Virus record (IMG/VR): IMGVR_UViG_3300047509_000221
Span: 1,949-65,948 of that record
From: a virus
Lineage: Duplodnaviria > Caudoviricetes
Direction: 5' to 3' (one strand)
DNA length: 64,000 nt
Under the pieces are notes generated by a model. It had not been told where the DNA came from and made no database searches. It worked only from the letters and a program-made list of their open reading frames with translations. The position numbers were made by a program, and so were the translations under genes. This document shows positions 1-10,005 of the stretch, piece after piece; within the stretch, counting starts at the first letter, position 1; each line of letters begins with the position of its first letter.

Positions 1-194
1 GAGCGCGGAGAGCGCCGCGCCGGCAGCGTCGGTCCAGCGGGCGGACCGGCTCTTGGGGCGCTGCCGCTTCGGCCGGGTCTTCGGGGCCTCGGGGCCCTGC
101 AGGTGGGCGGTGATCTCGGCGAGGGTGCCGGTCATCACCTTCTTGCCCCTGTGGTACAGGGTCAGCGAGCCGTTGGTGTTGAGAGAGATGTCGG

Positions 195-428
195 TCACAG
201 CTTGGTCACTCCTCCCTCGCGGGTGATGCGGAAGAGCTCGGTGCGGTAGTCGAGCCGGGGGTTGCCGGTGCGTCCGGTGAGGACTGTGCGATGGGCAACA
301 ATACTGTCGCCGTCGCGGCTCCACTGGAAACTGGCGACGTTCACGCAGCGTCCCAGCTGCGACTCCAGGACAGGGAGGCCGTCCTCGATGCGCTCGAGAA
401 CCTCGGCCTGCAGGGTGGTTGGCTTCAT
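195..428 (-). CDS. hypothetical protein
   Basis: 77-aa ORF with AAGGAG RBS and a predicted promoter upstream. Confidence 0.6.
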   Translation of the reverse strand: MKPTTLQAEVLERIEDGLPVLESQLGRCVNVASFQWSRDGDSIVAHRTVLTGRTGNPRLDYRTELFRITREGGVTKL

Positions 429-452
429 GTCGATCTCCTTGGCGGGAGCCGA

Positions 453-902
453 CTAGATACGCCCAGTCGGAGAAGATGTAAAGGGGCCCATCAATTCTGC
501 GTATCCCTTCTCTGCCCACGGCGGCAGATCCCCGATGCCGCGCCGGGTGACGGTGAATCCCTCGGGCTCTGGCCTGTTCTCACACCACTCGACAATCTCG
601 ACCTCGTGCTCCTCCTCGGAGGCTCGGCGATTGGCACTCTTCATCTCTGCCAGTATCGCGCGGCCATGAGCCACGAGCAGGCCCTGTGCATATCCCAGCC
701 AGCGCTGCGCCTTGTTGCCAGTCACGCGCCCAGAAATGATCTCCTCCAGCATCCACATGGCATGCTCCGACGTCCGGCCCTCGGCCACGTCTCGCACGAC
801 TTCCGGAGGACTGCAGTGGCTCCATCCGGCAATGCGCCGGACACACTCCACCGTGAGCTCGGCGGCTCTGGCACTCTCGTTCATGTCACTGAATCCTTGC
901 AA
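453..902 (-). CDS. hypothetical phage protein
   Basis: ORF in a tightly packed leftward cluster; start codon uncertain. Confidence 0.5.
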   Translation of the reverse strand: MQGFSDMNESARAAELTVECVRRIAGWSHCSPPEVVRDVAEGRTSEHAMWMLEEIISGRVTGNKAQRWLGYAQGLLVAHGRAILAEMKSANRRASEEEHEVEIVEWCENRPEPEGFTVTRRGIGDLPPWAEKGYAELMGPFTSSPTGRI

Positions 903-1034
903 TCTGCGCAGTGGGCGCGACCCGGCAGGTGGACCCGCGAGCTGTGCAGCTTGGTGTGGCCGCAGCTGAGCGTCAGGATGATCCTGCGTCCCTGGTTCTG
1001 GACCTCGACGATCTCCCGCAGGCAGGTGGGGCCT

Positions 1035-1256
1035 CTATTCGGCACGACGCTTCTTCCTCGGCACAGGCACACGGCGAGCGGCGAGCCAGGCACGGCGCTG
1101 CACCCAGTCCTCGGCGGCGCTGGGGTACGCCTGCCGGAGCATGGCGACGGTCCGGTCGAACGCGGCCCGGCGCTCCCGGCTGCGGAACGGATTGCTGCGG
1201 GCCAGTGGCGTGGTGCGGGGCTTGCTCTTGTGGACGCACTTCCTGGGGTTGACCAT
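1035..1256 (-). CDS. small basic hypothetical protein
   Basis: Start overlaps the exonuclease stop; AGGAGGAG RBS. Confidence 0.5.
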   Translation of the reverse strand: MVNPRKCVHKSKPRTTPLARSNPFRSRERRAAFDRTVAMLRQAYPSAAEDWVQRRAWLAARRVPVPRKKRRAE

Positions 1257-1939
1257 CAGTCTCTCCTCCTGCGGTCGATCTCACGGCGCGCATTCCACTT
1301 CAGGTCAGCCTCCATGTCGGCCTGCCGCAGCATCCAGTCCAGGAAGCCCCGGTCGACCTCAGACCATGGCTTGTTGCGGAACTTGCCAATCGGGCAGCGG
1401 GGCAGGAGGCGGGGCTCGGTGCTCCACTGGACCATTTGGTCGAGGGTGGTCTCGCACAGGAGCCTGCGGAGGATGGCGGCGGTCACGTATGCGTCTGGTA
1501 GGGCGCGGTGCGGCGGGTGACGCTGTCCCTCGTCGAGCTCGGTGTCCAGTCCCAGCCAGTACATCAGGGACTGGTTGCCGTGGTGCGGAGCCTCGGGCCA
1601 GACGCGCAGCGCGCACTTGTAGGTGCAGAGCCAAGGCGTCTCGAAGTAGTCGCCGAGGAACCGCTGCTCGTACTCGGCATTGTGAGCCGCCAGATAGCGG
1701 ATACTGTCGCGACAGATCTCGGCCATGAACAGGTCTCGCGAGAACGGTGGCATCCCCTCATACTCGCTGGGATGGATGTGGTGCACGGCCCGAACCTCTG
1801 GCGGGCACGGACGCTGCGTGCCGTGGAAGCGGACGCCGAACCGGCGCTCGGGGCCAACGTCGTACCACCCGAGCTCTATGACCTCGGCCCCCTCGCCCGG
1901 CTCCATGCCGGTGGTCTCGATGTCGACGACGCGGATCAT
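1256..1939 (-). CDS. DEDDh 3'-5' exonuclease (exodeoxyribonuclease X-like)
   Basis: VVDIETTG, AAHNAEYE and HRALPDA motifs; C-terminal PIGKFRNKPWSEV...FLDW. Confidence 0.85.
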   Translation of the reverse strand: MIRVVDIETTGMEPGEGAEVIELGWYDVGPERRFGVRFHGTQRPCPPEVRAVHHIHPSEYEGMPPFSRDLFMAEICRDSIRYLAAHNAEYEQRFLGDYFETPWLCTYKCALRVWPEAPHHGNQSLMYWLGLDTELDEGQRHPPHRALPDAYVTAAILRRLLCETTLDQMVQWSTEPRLLPRCPIGKFRNKPWSEVDRGFLDWMLRQADMEADLKWNARREIDRRRRD

Positions 1940-2520
1940 TACTTCAGCTGCGTCGCGACAGAGGTCTCCTTGGCATCGACCACCTTGGTGGGGTCGACGT
2001 CGCTCGGACACGGCGACGTGACCGTCGACGCCGGCAGCTTGAAGGGGACCGTGACAACGTTCGGCTCGATGACGGCAGTGTGCGCCTCACCGTTGGCCGG
2101 ATTGATGAGATCGACGATCGTCGCCGCACCGCTGCTCGGCATGTAGAGCATGTTGGGGTCTGCCTGGTCCAGCAGGATGTTCCCACCGCCACTGTCGCTG
2201 TGATACTCGACCTTGTGCGGCGAGGTAAACTCGGTGCCCAGCGAGACACCGTATCCGAGCGCCTGCCCGAGGCAGACGAACTTGCCGTCCAGTCCCTGCG
2301 AGTAGACATAGGTCAGGGTCGTCTGGTCCATGTCCTCGTAGGCGTTCTTGAGCAGCTTGCGCTGGGCAAAGTTCACAATGCGCGGCATCCCGGTCTCTCG
2401 GTCTGCGGCGTTCATGGCCTGTGCGGTGGCCTGTGCCTGCCTGTCCTCGGCGTCCCCGCCCTGCGGAACATTGCAAGCGGACAGTGCGGCGAGCGCCGCG
2501 AGTACAATGATGTTGCGCAT
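1939..2520 (-). CDS. putative lipoprotein
   Basis: MRNIIVLAALAALSAC lipobox. Confidence 0.75.
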   Translation of the reverse strand: MRNIIVLAALAALSACNVPQGGDAEDRQAQATAQAMNAADRETGMPRIVNFAQRKLLKNAYEDMDQTTLTYVYSQGLDGKFVCLGQALGYGVSLGTEFTSPHKVEYHSDSGGGNILLDQADPNMLYMPSSGAATIVDLINPANGEAHTAVIEPNVVTVPFKLPASTVTSPCPSDVDPTKVVDAKETSVATQLK

Positions 2521-2524
2521 TCTC

Positions 2525-2893
2525 TTAGCTCCTGTTGGCCTCGGCGAGGCAGTCCTGGTTGTCGGGAGACAGCGGCCCATCGTACGTGGAGGCTGTCGAG
2601 CGAATCAGTGCCGCGACTGCCCGCTTGGCGGCCACGGTGTCGGCGCTCCTCATCTGCTCGCAGTAGCGGGCGAGGTCCCTGTTGATGCCCTGCTGATACT
2701 GGCGACTGGTGTCGTACACCTCCCTGCGGGTCTCCTCCTGGTACCGCGCCATCGGCCTCCCAGTCACGAGGCCAAACCAGCTGGTGGCTACCCCGAGTAT
2801 CAGCAACCCACCCAGCAGCAGGGCGCCACCGAGAGCCACCATAATGCAACCCTTAGACTGATCACTCACGGCCATGTCCTCCAGAAGTCCCAC
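2525..2893 (-). CDS. membrane-anchored hypothetical protein
   Basis: N-terminal hydrophobic helix; adjacent to the lipoprotein gene. Confidence 0.65.
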   Translation of the reverse strand: MGLLEDMAVSDQSKGCIMVALGGALLLGGLLILGVATSWFGLVTGRPMARYQEETRREVYDTSRQYQQGINRDLARYCEQMRSADTVAAKRAVAALIRSTASTYDGPLSPDNQDCLAEANRS

Positions 2894-3052
2894 GTCTCCA
2901 CACCGGTCCTGGCGTGGCGTCCGTGGAGATATATAGCGCTCGTCCCTCCCCGCTCAGCGGCAGCCTCGAGGGCATCCTGCTCTCGCAGGCAGTAGAGCGG
3001 GGGGAGGCCCGGCGTGTCCACCCTGTGGGTGGCGCGGTAGGGGCGCGGTGGG

Positions 3053-3475
3053 TCAGAGGGCACGGATATTCTCGTATGCTCTCTGGAATGTGTCTGCGAG
3101 ATCATCGTGTCCAGCCTCCCTGAGAGCAGCAATGCTCATCTGGGTCCATCCAATGTCGTGCACTGGTTGCGAGAGAACACGCGGCTGTCCCCAGATGATC
3201 TCGTAGGGGTCTCCGCTCTTCTGAGTGCGGAAGCGCAGCATGAGGGCTAGGTAGGCGACGTTCACGATCACCAGGAGCGCTGCACCGACCGTGGAGACGG
3301 GCTGCCGCAGGTGGGGGTAGTAGGCGAGGTTCCATGCTCCCCACGCCGTGAAGAAGACGGTCGGACCCCAGTGCGCGCCGCGCAGCTGGCGGTCGCGGAG
3401 CAGCTGTCTCACGCTGAGGAGCGTGATGAGCGCGCCGCCCGTCTCGAAGAGGCCGTTGAGGAGGTCCATGGTCAT
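3053..3475 (-). CDS. PQ-loop/SemiSWEET-like three-TM membrane protein
   Basis: Three hydrophobic helices, WGAWNLAYY...VNVAY pattern. Confidence 0.55.
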   Translation of the reverse strand: MTMDLLNGLFETGGALITLLSVRQLLRDRQLRGAHWGPTVFFTAWGAWNLAYYPHLRQPVSTVGAALLVIVNVAYLALMLRFRTQKSGDPYEIIWGQPRVLSQPVHDIGWTQMSIAALREAGHDDLADTFQRAYENIRAL

Positions 3476-3783
3476 ATGCCCATGTACCTGCTGCCGCGAT
3501 AGCACGGGAATGCCAGGCACGGGAAGGTGGCTGGTGGCCGGTGCTGGGGTGGGCCGGCAAGCCACATCGTGTGGTTGCAGTCCAAGGTGAGGAACACACC
3601 GTCGGGGCGCTGGTTCACGCTGCGGACCTTCCTCATCACGCATCCTGGCGGGACTGTCCTCACGTCTCGCTCTCCATCCACTCGATGGTCTGGGTCATGC
3701 GACGAAGGGCAACGGTGCTGAAGCCGAGGCGGGCCATCAGTAGCAGGAGGCGCTCGGCCTGCCGAATGGCTCGCTGGCGTGGC

Positions 3784-4053
3784 TCACTCATCGGGCACCG
3801 GGTCGAAGAGGGAGAGGAAGCGGTCACGCTGCATGACGTAGGTGTGCGGCTCGCCCGGCTCGGGCTCCTGTGGCGAGAAGGCGACGGGGACGTCCCAGTC
3901 TCCGTCGGGCAGCCGGAGCGCCCAGCCATGGGTGGTCGCGACCACGTAGCGGCGTCCGTCGCGCTGGTACAGTCCGCCATCGAAGCCCTCGACGGGATCA
4001 CTGGCGAAGTCCTCGGGTGTCAGCTGCATGGTGTCTCCGTCCAGAGTGGGCAT
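3784..4053 (-). CDS. hypothetical protein
   Basis: ORF in a packed leftward cluster. Confidence 0.5.
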   Translation of the reverse strand: MPTLDGDTMQLTPEDFASDPVEGFDGGLYQRDGRRYVVATTHGWALRLPDGDWDVPVAFSPQEPEPGEPHTYVMQRDRFLSLFDPVPDE

Positions 4054-4289
4054 GGGGTGGGCTCGAAGCGCCGCAGGAACTCGTCCACTGGGCGGCAGAA
4101 TTCGAAACCGCGCTTGCCGTGGGGGAAGTAGCGCACGAGGGGCTGCAAGTCAGCCTCTCGTAATGTAATTCCCACCGTGACGTACACGCCCCCGGTGCCG
4201 ATGTGACGCCAGTACGACTCTGCGCCGAAGCGCGTGCGGGCCTCCTGGACAATGCGGACGAGCTGGGCGTCGGTCAGTCTGTCAGGCAC
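4020..4289 (-). CDS. DUF1653-like SH3-fold protein
   Basis: WRHIGTGGVYV...LVRY...FCRPVDEFLRRFE pattern. Confidence 0.65.
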   Translation of the reverse strand: MPDRLTDAQLVRIVQEARTRFGAESYWRHIGTGGVYVTVGITLREADLQPLVRYFPHGKRGFEFCRPVDEFLRRFEPTPCPLWTETPCS

Positions 4290-4849
4290 TGCTCAATCTC
4301 TCTCCTCGCGTCTGCGGACATCTGGCCAATGGCCAGGTCGATCACCTGCCACATCGCGTCCTCGCGGGGCTGGTGGTGTGGGTCGAAGGCGTCGGTGGGC
4401 GGCTGGCCAGAGGGGCATAGAACCAGTGGTCGCCGCCCGCGCCAGTCGTCGCTGGGCCTCTTCTCAATGATGGTGGCCGTGACTTCACTGGACTCGCTCT
4501 CGTGGTACTCGCCGGCAGGGAAGATGTACACGCTGCCAGGCTGCATCTGGTACTCGCCAGTGACCCGAATGTCGCAGTGGTGGAGCAGCCTGTCCGGGCC
4601 ATCCTCCCCGGCCTCGTAGGCAGCATAGATGTTGCGCCACTCGGTGATCTCGTGCAACATGTAGGTGCGGTGGGTCAGGCATCCCACGAGCACCCGCGAC
4701 TGCATGTCCCACACGTGACAGTGTATGGTGGCGTTGTGGCCCTCGATGGGGGGCAGGGAGGGGTGCCAGATGTGGAGTCGCCTCTGCGCAGACAGAGGCA
4801 ACTGCACAAATCCGTTGCCATGGAAGCGGGGTCGTGGCTCTCTGGCCAT
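4274..4849 (-). CDS. cupin-fold protein
   Basis: RLHIW...IHCHVWDMQSRVLVG...YHES cupin motifs. Confidence 0.65.
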   Translation of the reverse strand: MAREPRPRFHGNGFVQLPLSAQRRLHIWHPSLPPIEGHNATIHCHVWDMQSRVLVGCLTHRTYMLHEITEWRNIYAAYEAGEDGPDRLLHHCDIRVTGEYQMQPGSVYIFPAGEYHESESSEVTATIIEKRPSDDWRGRRPLVLCPSGQPPTDAFDPHHQPREDAMWQVIDLAIGQMSADARREIEQCLTD

Positions 4850-4913
4850 GAGGCGGATTGTGGTCACTGGCGGCGGCTCCTGGACCCTGGATAGCGTGTG
4901 TGTCTGGGAGGCG

Positions 4914-5477
4914 CTAGGCTGCCTGCTGGTCTGGCACCTGCAGGACCTCGTCCGCAGGCGCGAGACGGATGAAACACCGCTCCTGGTCCCACTGGAGGTC
5001 GCCGCGCGTTCCGCCCGCACGGAGGAACTCGGCAACTGTCATGCCGTCCACGTACAAGGCGAAGCGGTCATGGGCAGCGGTGCCCGGTCTCTTCGGGTTC
5101 CGGTCCGCGAGGACCCTGATGAGTCTCGTGTCAGTCGTTGCCTCTCGCGCGCTCACGGGGGCAGCTATCGCTCTCGGCGTCAGCAGCTGTCTCTCACGCT
5201 CGACCTCGGTCGCGGTGCGACGGTCGATCGGCTTCATGATGAGGTGCTCGGTGGCGGAGACGGCGGCGACGGTGTGCTGGTGTGCCAGGCTCATGACTAT
5301 CTCGGCCTGAGAGATGTGCTCTGAGATGCAGTATCCGAGGAACTCCTCGGGGTCAGTGATCTCCGGAATGGTGTTTCTGGCTGTCCGCAGTCCTGCGAGA
5401 CAGCAAGAAAGCTGCTCAGCGTTGAGGGTGCAGAATGCCTCGTGGTAGCGCGGATGAATCATCGGCGGTGTCCCCAT
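4914..5477 (-). CDS. hypothetical protein with C-terminal NPK..RF.LY..GMT domain (paralogue 1)
   Basis: NPKRPGTAAHDRFALYVDGMTVAEF...DLQWD; predicted promoter upstream. Confidence 0.7.
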   Translation of the reverse strand: MGTPPMIHPRYHEAFCTLNAEQLSCCLAGLRTARNTIPEITDPEEFLGYCISEHISQAEIVMSLAHQHTVAAVSATEHLIMKPIDRRTATEVERERQLLTPRAIAAPVSAREATTDTRLIRVLADRNPKRPGTAAHDRFALYVDGMTVAEFLRAGGTRGDLQWDQERCFIRLAPADEVLQVPDQQAA

Positions 5478-5524
5478 CTAGTGCGTGGTCCCATCGGCGG
5501 ACGGGTGTGGCCCCACGTGACACC

Positions 5525-5552
5525 ACTATACGCGCACGGCGGCCTGTGTAAA
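5525..5552 (-). promoter_or_regulatory. sigma70-like phage promoter
   Basis: TTTACA-N16-TATAGT on the minus strand; the same motif recurs elsewhere in the window. Confidence 0.6.
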
Positions 5553-5679
5553 GGGGCTATTAACGGGCTGGGGCTTTACTGCAGGGACGGGTCAGGTGTA
5601 TGCCTACCCCGACTCAGTGTCGAGCCAGTCTCCGCTGAATGCAGCCGGGGTGCGTCTCCTCGGCGGGTCTCGCGCCCCG

Positions 5680-5960
5680 GCTGCTATTGGTGCTATTGAG
5701 CGCTATTACTTTTTTCACGCTGTTTCAATAGGGTCTCCACCGAGGGGTGGACAATCTGTGCTATGGGTTTTTCCTACGCGCGGGCGCGGGTAGCAGCAGA
5801 AATTTGCTGGCAAATCCTGGAAAAAGTAATAAAGTAATAGCACGGCGGTGTTTGCTGTGTGATAACAGTGACTTACTGCTATTGAAGTCTCTGTGGAAAA
5901 CCAATAACCGGGGCCGGAAAGTAATATCGTCAATATCGGGGATTAATCAACCTTTACAGT
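5680..5960. repeat. AT-rich intergenic region with GCTATTG/CAATAG repeats (candidate ori or packaging site)
   Basis: Several GCTATT(G) copies in both orientations, upstream of the terminase small subunit. Confidence 0.45.
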
Positions 5961-6132
5961 CGCATGTGGGGATGGTGCCTTTGCCTTTACCATGGTCCTC
6001 TGGGCGCGCTATGAGGGCATCCTGGCCTGGTCGCTGGAAAACGATTGGGTCGGTAAGGGTCATCCGGTTGTCTGCTCGGGGGGCGAGTGACAGGGTTGAC
6101 GCCTCACCAGACGTCGGGGAGGGGTCTGGGAC

Positions 6133-6558
6133 ATGGACGAGGGCGCGCAGCGCGGGAAGCCCGGCCGACCGGCTGGCATACCGAACCGAGACAAGGCAGA
6201 GCTGCGCGCCCTGATTCAGGAGCGCGTCCACGAGTTCACGGAGCTCCGAGCGCGGCAGGAGGAGTCCGAGGGCGTCCCCCCGGACCAGCGTCAGCAGATC
6301 ATCGAGGACTATGACCCGGTCGTGGCCATGGCGATCCTCGCCGTCGACAGACGAACCCGGCAGGACACCGCGATCAAGTGCCACTCGGAGGTGGCCCAGT
6401 ACGTGCGGCCCAAGCTCAAGAGTGTCGAGTTCACCGCAGACCCGGACGCCATCGAGACGCTCGAGGAGCGCCGACGACTGAGCGAGAGACTGGTCGGTCT
6501 TCTGGAGGCAGCCGCCACTGCCAAGAAGCCACCGAGGCAGGTGCCCAGTGGCTCATGA
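6133..6558 (+). CDS. terminase small subunit (putative)
   Basis: GRPAGIPNR...VAQYVRPKLKSVE pattern; lies upstream of terL. Confidence 0.65.
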   Translation: MDEGAQRGKPGRPAGIPNRDKAELRALIQERVHEFTELRARQEESEGVPPDQRQQIIEDYDPVVAMAILAVDRRTRQDTAIKCHSEVAQYVRPKLKSVEFTADPDAIETLEERRRLSERLVGLLEAAATAKKPPRQVPSGS

Positions 6559-6796
6559 CAGACTCCGCCGCTGCGTGCTCGAGCGCCAGACGCGCGCCGA
6601 GCACCTGATTCGTCTCGCGATGGTCGAGGTGGAGAAGATCGGTGCCCACCCCGATCTCACCAGTGTCGTCCTGACGCTGCAGACTGCGCAGCAGGAGATG
6701 GGTGACTTCGTGGACGACATGATCCAGGATCGCGCCGGAGTGATGCTGGCGCCGCTGTTCGTCCAGGAGATCGAGCGCGTCGGGAGGCGGCCGTGA
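6548..6796 (+). CDS. hypothetical protein
   Basis: Overlaps the terS stop. Confidence 0.5.
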   Translation: MAHDRLRRCVLERQTRAEHLIRLAMVEVEKIGAHPDLTSVVLTLQTAQQEMGDFVDDMIQDRAGVMLAPLFVQEIERVGRRP

Positions 6797-7622
6797 GCGT
6801 GGTGCTGATCGTGTGCGGAATTCTGTGGGCCAATCCTGACCACGGCACGGTGGTGAGGGTCTGCTATGCGCAGAGCCTGCTGCATCACAGGCGAGTTCGT
6901 GGTATGAGTGCGGTGGACATCGCGTGAGTCGTGGACATGCTAGACCACTTCGCCGAGCTCTTGTCCCAGCACAGCGTGAGCCGAGGAGACCCAGGCGGGG
7001 ATGTCAGGAGGACGGCGGCGCGGCTCGGACAAACCGAGGCGTGGGGACGAATGATGCTCCGCCGTTTGACGGTGGCGATGGGAGATCAGGCGAGATGAAC
7101 AAGCTGATGCGAGAGCAGGACGACGATGGCATCGGCAGATGTCGCCAGAGATTTGAGAATGGTGACCTCAAGGGTCGCGTCGAGGCATTGGGTCGTGGCA
7201 TTCGGAAGGCCGTTCCCGTGGGGAATGCCGATCGTGACTCGCAGATGGACGACGTCATGCGTCGTCTCGGGGAGATCGAGTGATGATGAGCATTCTGGCG
7301 GCTGTTGCCCACTATCTGCTGATTCTTGCGATCATTCTCGGCGGCCTCGTTGCCGCGCTGATCGTGGTCCTGATCATTATCGCGGTGGTCATTCTGACGA
7401 GCTCGGAGAACCCATTCCAGTGATCCACTACCTGCGCGAGACATGGGACCTGCACGCCGGGGCGATGGTCGCCTTCGCGCTGATCGCGATCATCATGCTG
7501 TGGCTCGGCGTCTTCTCCTGGGTGTGGTGGGTCCCCGTGATCGCCGTGGGCGGTGCCACACTGTTTGTGCTCGGTCTTCTCTGGGTCCTCGCGCTGTTCG
7601 GAGTTTCACTGCCGTGGTGAGC

Positions 7623-7823
7623 GTGGCCAGACAGATTGTCGACGACGTCGTCGAGCAGGTCAGGGAGGTTGGCGTGACAGAGGTCGCCCGGCGCTCTGGC
7701 TACGACCGTGGGCAGATCTACAGGCTCTTCAACACCAGGAGGGCAAGCCTGGAGATGATCTGCGACATCGCCGAGGCGGTCGGCATGAGGCTCCACGTGG
7801 GCGTGGTGAGGAGAGATGGCTGA
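7623..7823 (+). CDS. small HTH DNA-binding protein
   Basis: GVTEVARRSGYDRGQIYRLF...SLEMICDIAEAVG (XRE-like HTH). Confidence 0.7.
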   Translation: MARQIVDDVVEQVREVGVTEVARRSGYDRGQIYRLFNTRRASLEMICDIAEAVGMRLHVGVVRRDG

Positions 7824-8347
7824 TGCTCGCCCGCGCCCTCATCATGTGGATGGTGCGCCGCACTGACTGGTGTCGCAGGCACGACATGACTCAGTGGCTG
7901 GACGGTGTCCGGAACACCGGCAGCATGCACAACAGGACAGAGAACGAGCGCGTGGGCCTGCGGAAGCGAGTGGCCATTCGTCGTCTGCCGTTTCTCCAGG
8001 ACGAGATTCAGCGTGGCGACGACACCATCCACCGGGCGCTGCCATGGTGGGCACCCCTCAACATCATCCTTCACCAGTGGGCGCAGCACGACGACATCCT
8101 GATGCACGACCATCCGAGGCGAACGGCCACGATCGTGCTGCGCGGCGAGATCATCGAGAGAACTCCGTGGGGTGAGCGTCGTCTACGCGCCGGCAGCGTC
8201 GTTGTTCGTGGCCACAGGTACATCCACGGCTTCCGCGTGGAGCGCGAGCACAGCTGCCGGACCTGGACGCTGTTCATCGTGGGACGCCGTCGCCACCTGC
8301 AGAACACCTACCACGTTCTCCGCAGGACGGGGACGCCGCAGCGATGA
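7823..8347 (+). CDS. cupin-like hypothetical protein
   Basis: LHQW...MHDHPRR...VLRG..E...IH...TWTLFIVG. Confidence 0.65.
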   Translation: MLARALIMWMVRRTDWCRRHDMTQWLDGVRNTGSMHNRTENERVGLRKRVAIRRLPFLQDEIQRGDDTIHRALPWWAPLNIILHQWAQHDDILMHDHPRRTATIVLRGEIIERTPWGERRLRAGSVVVRGHRYIHGFRVEREHSCRTWTLFIVGRRRHLQNTYHVLRRTGTPQR

Positions 8348-10005
8348 GCATCGTCCACTCCGCAGGCGTCATTCAGACGCTGCAGCTCCAGAGTGAGATC
8401 GCGCAGCTTCCGCTCCAGCAGCAGCAGGCCATGGTCCACAGGATGGAGTGGCTGGAGGACGGCCGCAAGGACCAGATGTCGCCGCCCGAGGAGGACGAGT
8501 CGTGGTTCCTCTGGCTGATGATGGCCGGGCGCGGTGCCGGCAAGACACGAGCCGGGGCCGAGGATGCGTGGTGGTACGGGTACGAGAACCCAGGATGCCG
8601 ATACGCCATCGTGGCCCCCACCAGCGACGACTGCCGCAAGACTTGCTTCGAGGGCGAGAGCGGACTGCTGGCGCGCTGCCCCCCGCACCTCGTCGCCAAC
8701 TGGAACCGAGGCGAGAAGGTCCTGACCCTGACGAACGGCACCATCTACCAGGGATACAGCGCCGAGGAGCCTGACCGCCTGCGCGGACCGCAGCACCATA
8801 GGGCATGGTGCGACGAGCTCGCCGCGTGGCGCTACCTGGACGAGACGCTGGACATGCTGCTCATGGGTCTTCGTCTGGGCCAGATGCCGCGCATCGTGGC
8901 GACCACGACGCCGCGACCCATCAAGCGTCTCAAGGAGATACTCGCCGACGAGACGACGTGGCTGGACACTGTCTCGACGTACGAGAACATCGCCAACCTG
9001 CCGAAGATCTTCGTGGAGAAGATCCTCAAGCGGTACGAGGGCACGCGACTGGGTCGCCAGGAGCTCTACGCCAAGATACTCGACGACAATCCCGGCGCTC
9101 TCTGGCAGCGGACCGAGCTCGACGAGCACAGGATCACGCTGCCGTACAGGCGGCAGACCGTCACGCTGGAGAATGGTCGGACCGTCCATCTGGAGCGCAT
9201 CGTGGTGGGTGTCGACCCTGCCAGCGGCGGACTGGGCGAGGACGACAAGAACAAGAGCCCGACGCGAGAGAGCGACGGGGACGAGGTCGGCATCGTCGTC
9301 GTGGGGCTGGGCGATGACGGGCGGGCCTACGTCCTGGCGGACTGCACCGTCGCCGGGGTGTCGCCGGGCGAGTGGGGCGTGGCCGTGGTGCGAGCGTACG
9401 ACGACTGGGCCGCTGATCGCGTGATCTACGAGGCCAACCAGGGCGGCGAGATGGTGCGCCACACGGTCGTGACCTCTGCCAAGGCGATGCGCGACAGGGG
9501 AGAGCGTCGCAGTGACTTCGTGCCAACCGAGGCCGTGTGGGCCAGCCGGGGCAAGGTGACGCGGGCCGAGCCGGTCTCTGCCCTGTACGAGCAGGGACGA
9601 GTCAGCCACGTCGGCTGCCACGCCGGGCTCGAGGACCAGATGTGCGAGTTCACCTCTGGCTTCGACCGCAGGCGCATGGGCTACAGCCCCGATCGCGTCG
9701 ACGCCCTCGTCTGGGCCGTGACCCACCTCAAGCTCAACGACGACGCAGGCATGAATGTCCAGGACTTCTACCGCCAGGAGCACAGCAGGCACCAGGAGGC
9801 CATGGCCAGGCGCGGAGAGACGGCGACGCCGGACGAGCTCATCACGCTCCTTCCGCCGCCCGGCTCGACCAGCAACACTGTCTTCGGCATCATGGGCAAC
9901 ATGTACAGCCAGCAGCCAGACGGCACCTTCCTCGTCCACCTCGCGGACGTTGAGCCATTAACCAGGGCAGGCTACACCCACCCAGTCACCGAGGAGGCGA
10001 ATTAG
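8344..10005 (+). CDS. terL: terminase large subunit
   Basis: Walker A AGRGAGKT, LRGPQHHRAWCDE Walker B, VGVDPA and SPDRVDA nuclease motifs. Confidence 0.95.
   Translation: MSIVHSAGVIQTLQLQSEIAQLPLQQQQAMVHRMEWLEDGRKDQMSPPEEDESWFLWLMMAGRGAGKTRAGAEDAWWYGYENPGCRYAIVAPTSDDCRKTCFEGESGLLARCPPHLVANWNRGEKVLTLTNGTIYQGYSAEEPDRLRGPQHHRAWCDELAAWRYLDETLDMLLMGLRLGQMPRIVATTTPRPIKRLKEILADETTWLDTVSTYENIANLPKIFVEKILKRYEGTRLGRQELYAKILDDNPGALWQRTELDEHRITLPYRRQTVTLENGRTVHLERIVVGVDPASGGLGEDDKNKSPTRESDGDEVGIVVVGLGDDGRAYVLADCTVAGVSPGEWGVAVVRAYDDWAADRVIYEANQGGEMVRHTVVTSAKAMRDRGERRSDFVPTEAVWASRGKVTRAEPVSALYEQGRVSHVGCHAGLEDQMCEFTSGFDRRRMGYSPDRVDALVWAVTHLKLNDDAGMNVQDFYRQEHSRHQEAMARRGETATPDELITLLPPPGSTSNTVFGIMGNMYSQQPDGTFLVHLADVEPLTRAGYTHPVTEEAN

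Noticed and set aside
291-1520. Long + strand ORF (409 aa) and similar long antisense ORFs (e.g. 8308-9939, 10002-11696, 34251-35876, 39670-41520)
   Set aside because: Shadow ORFs of high-GC coding sequence opposite well-supported genes.
5943-5957. Possible CtrA box TTAA-N7-TTAC
   Set aside because: A single imperfect match in an AT-rich stretch; not enough to call.
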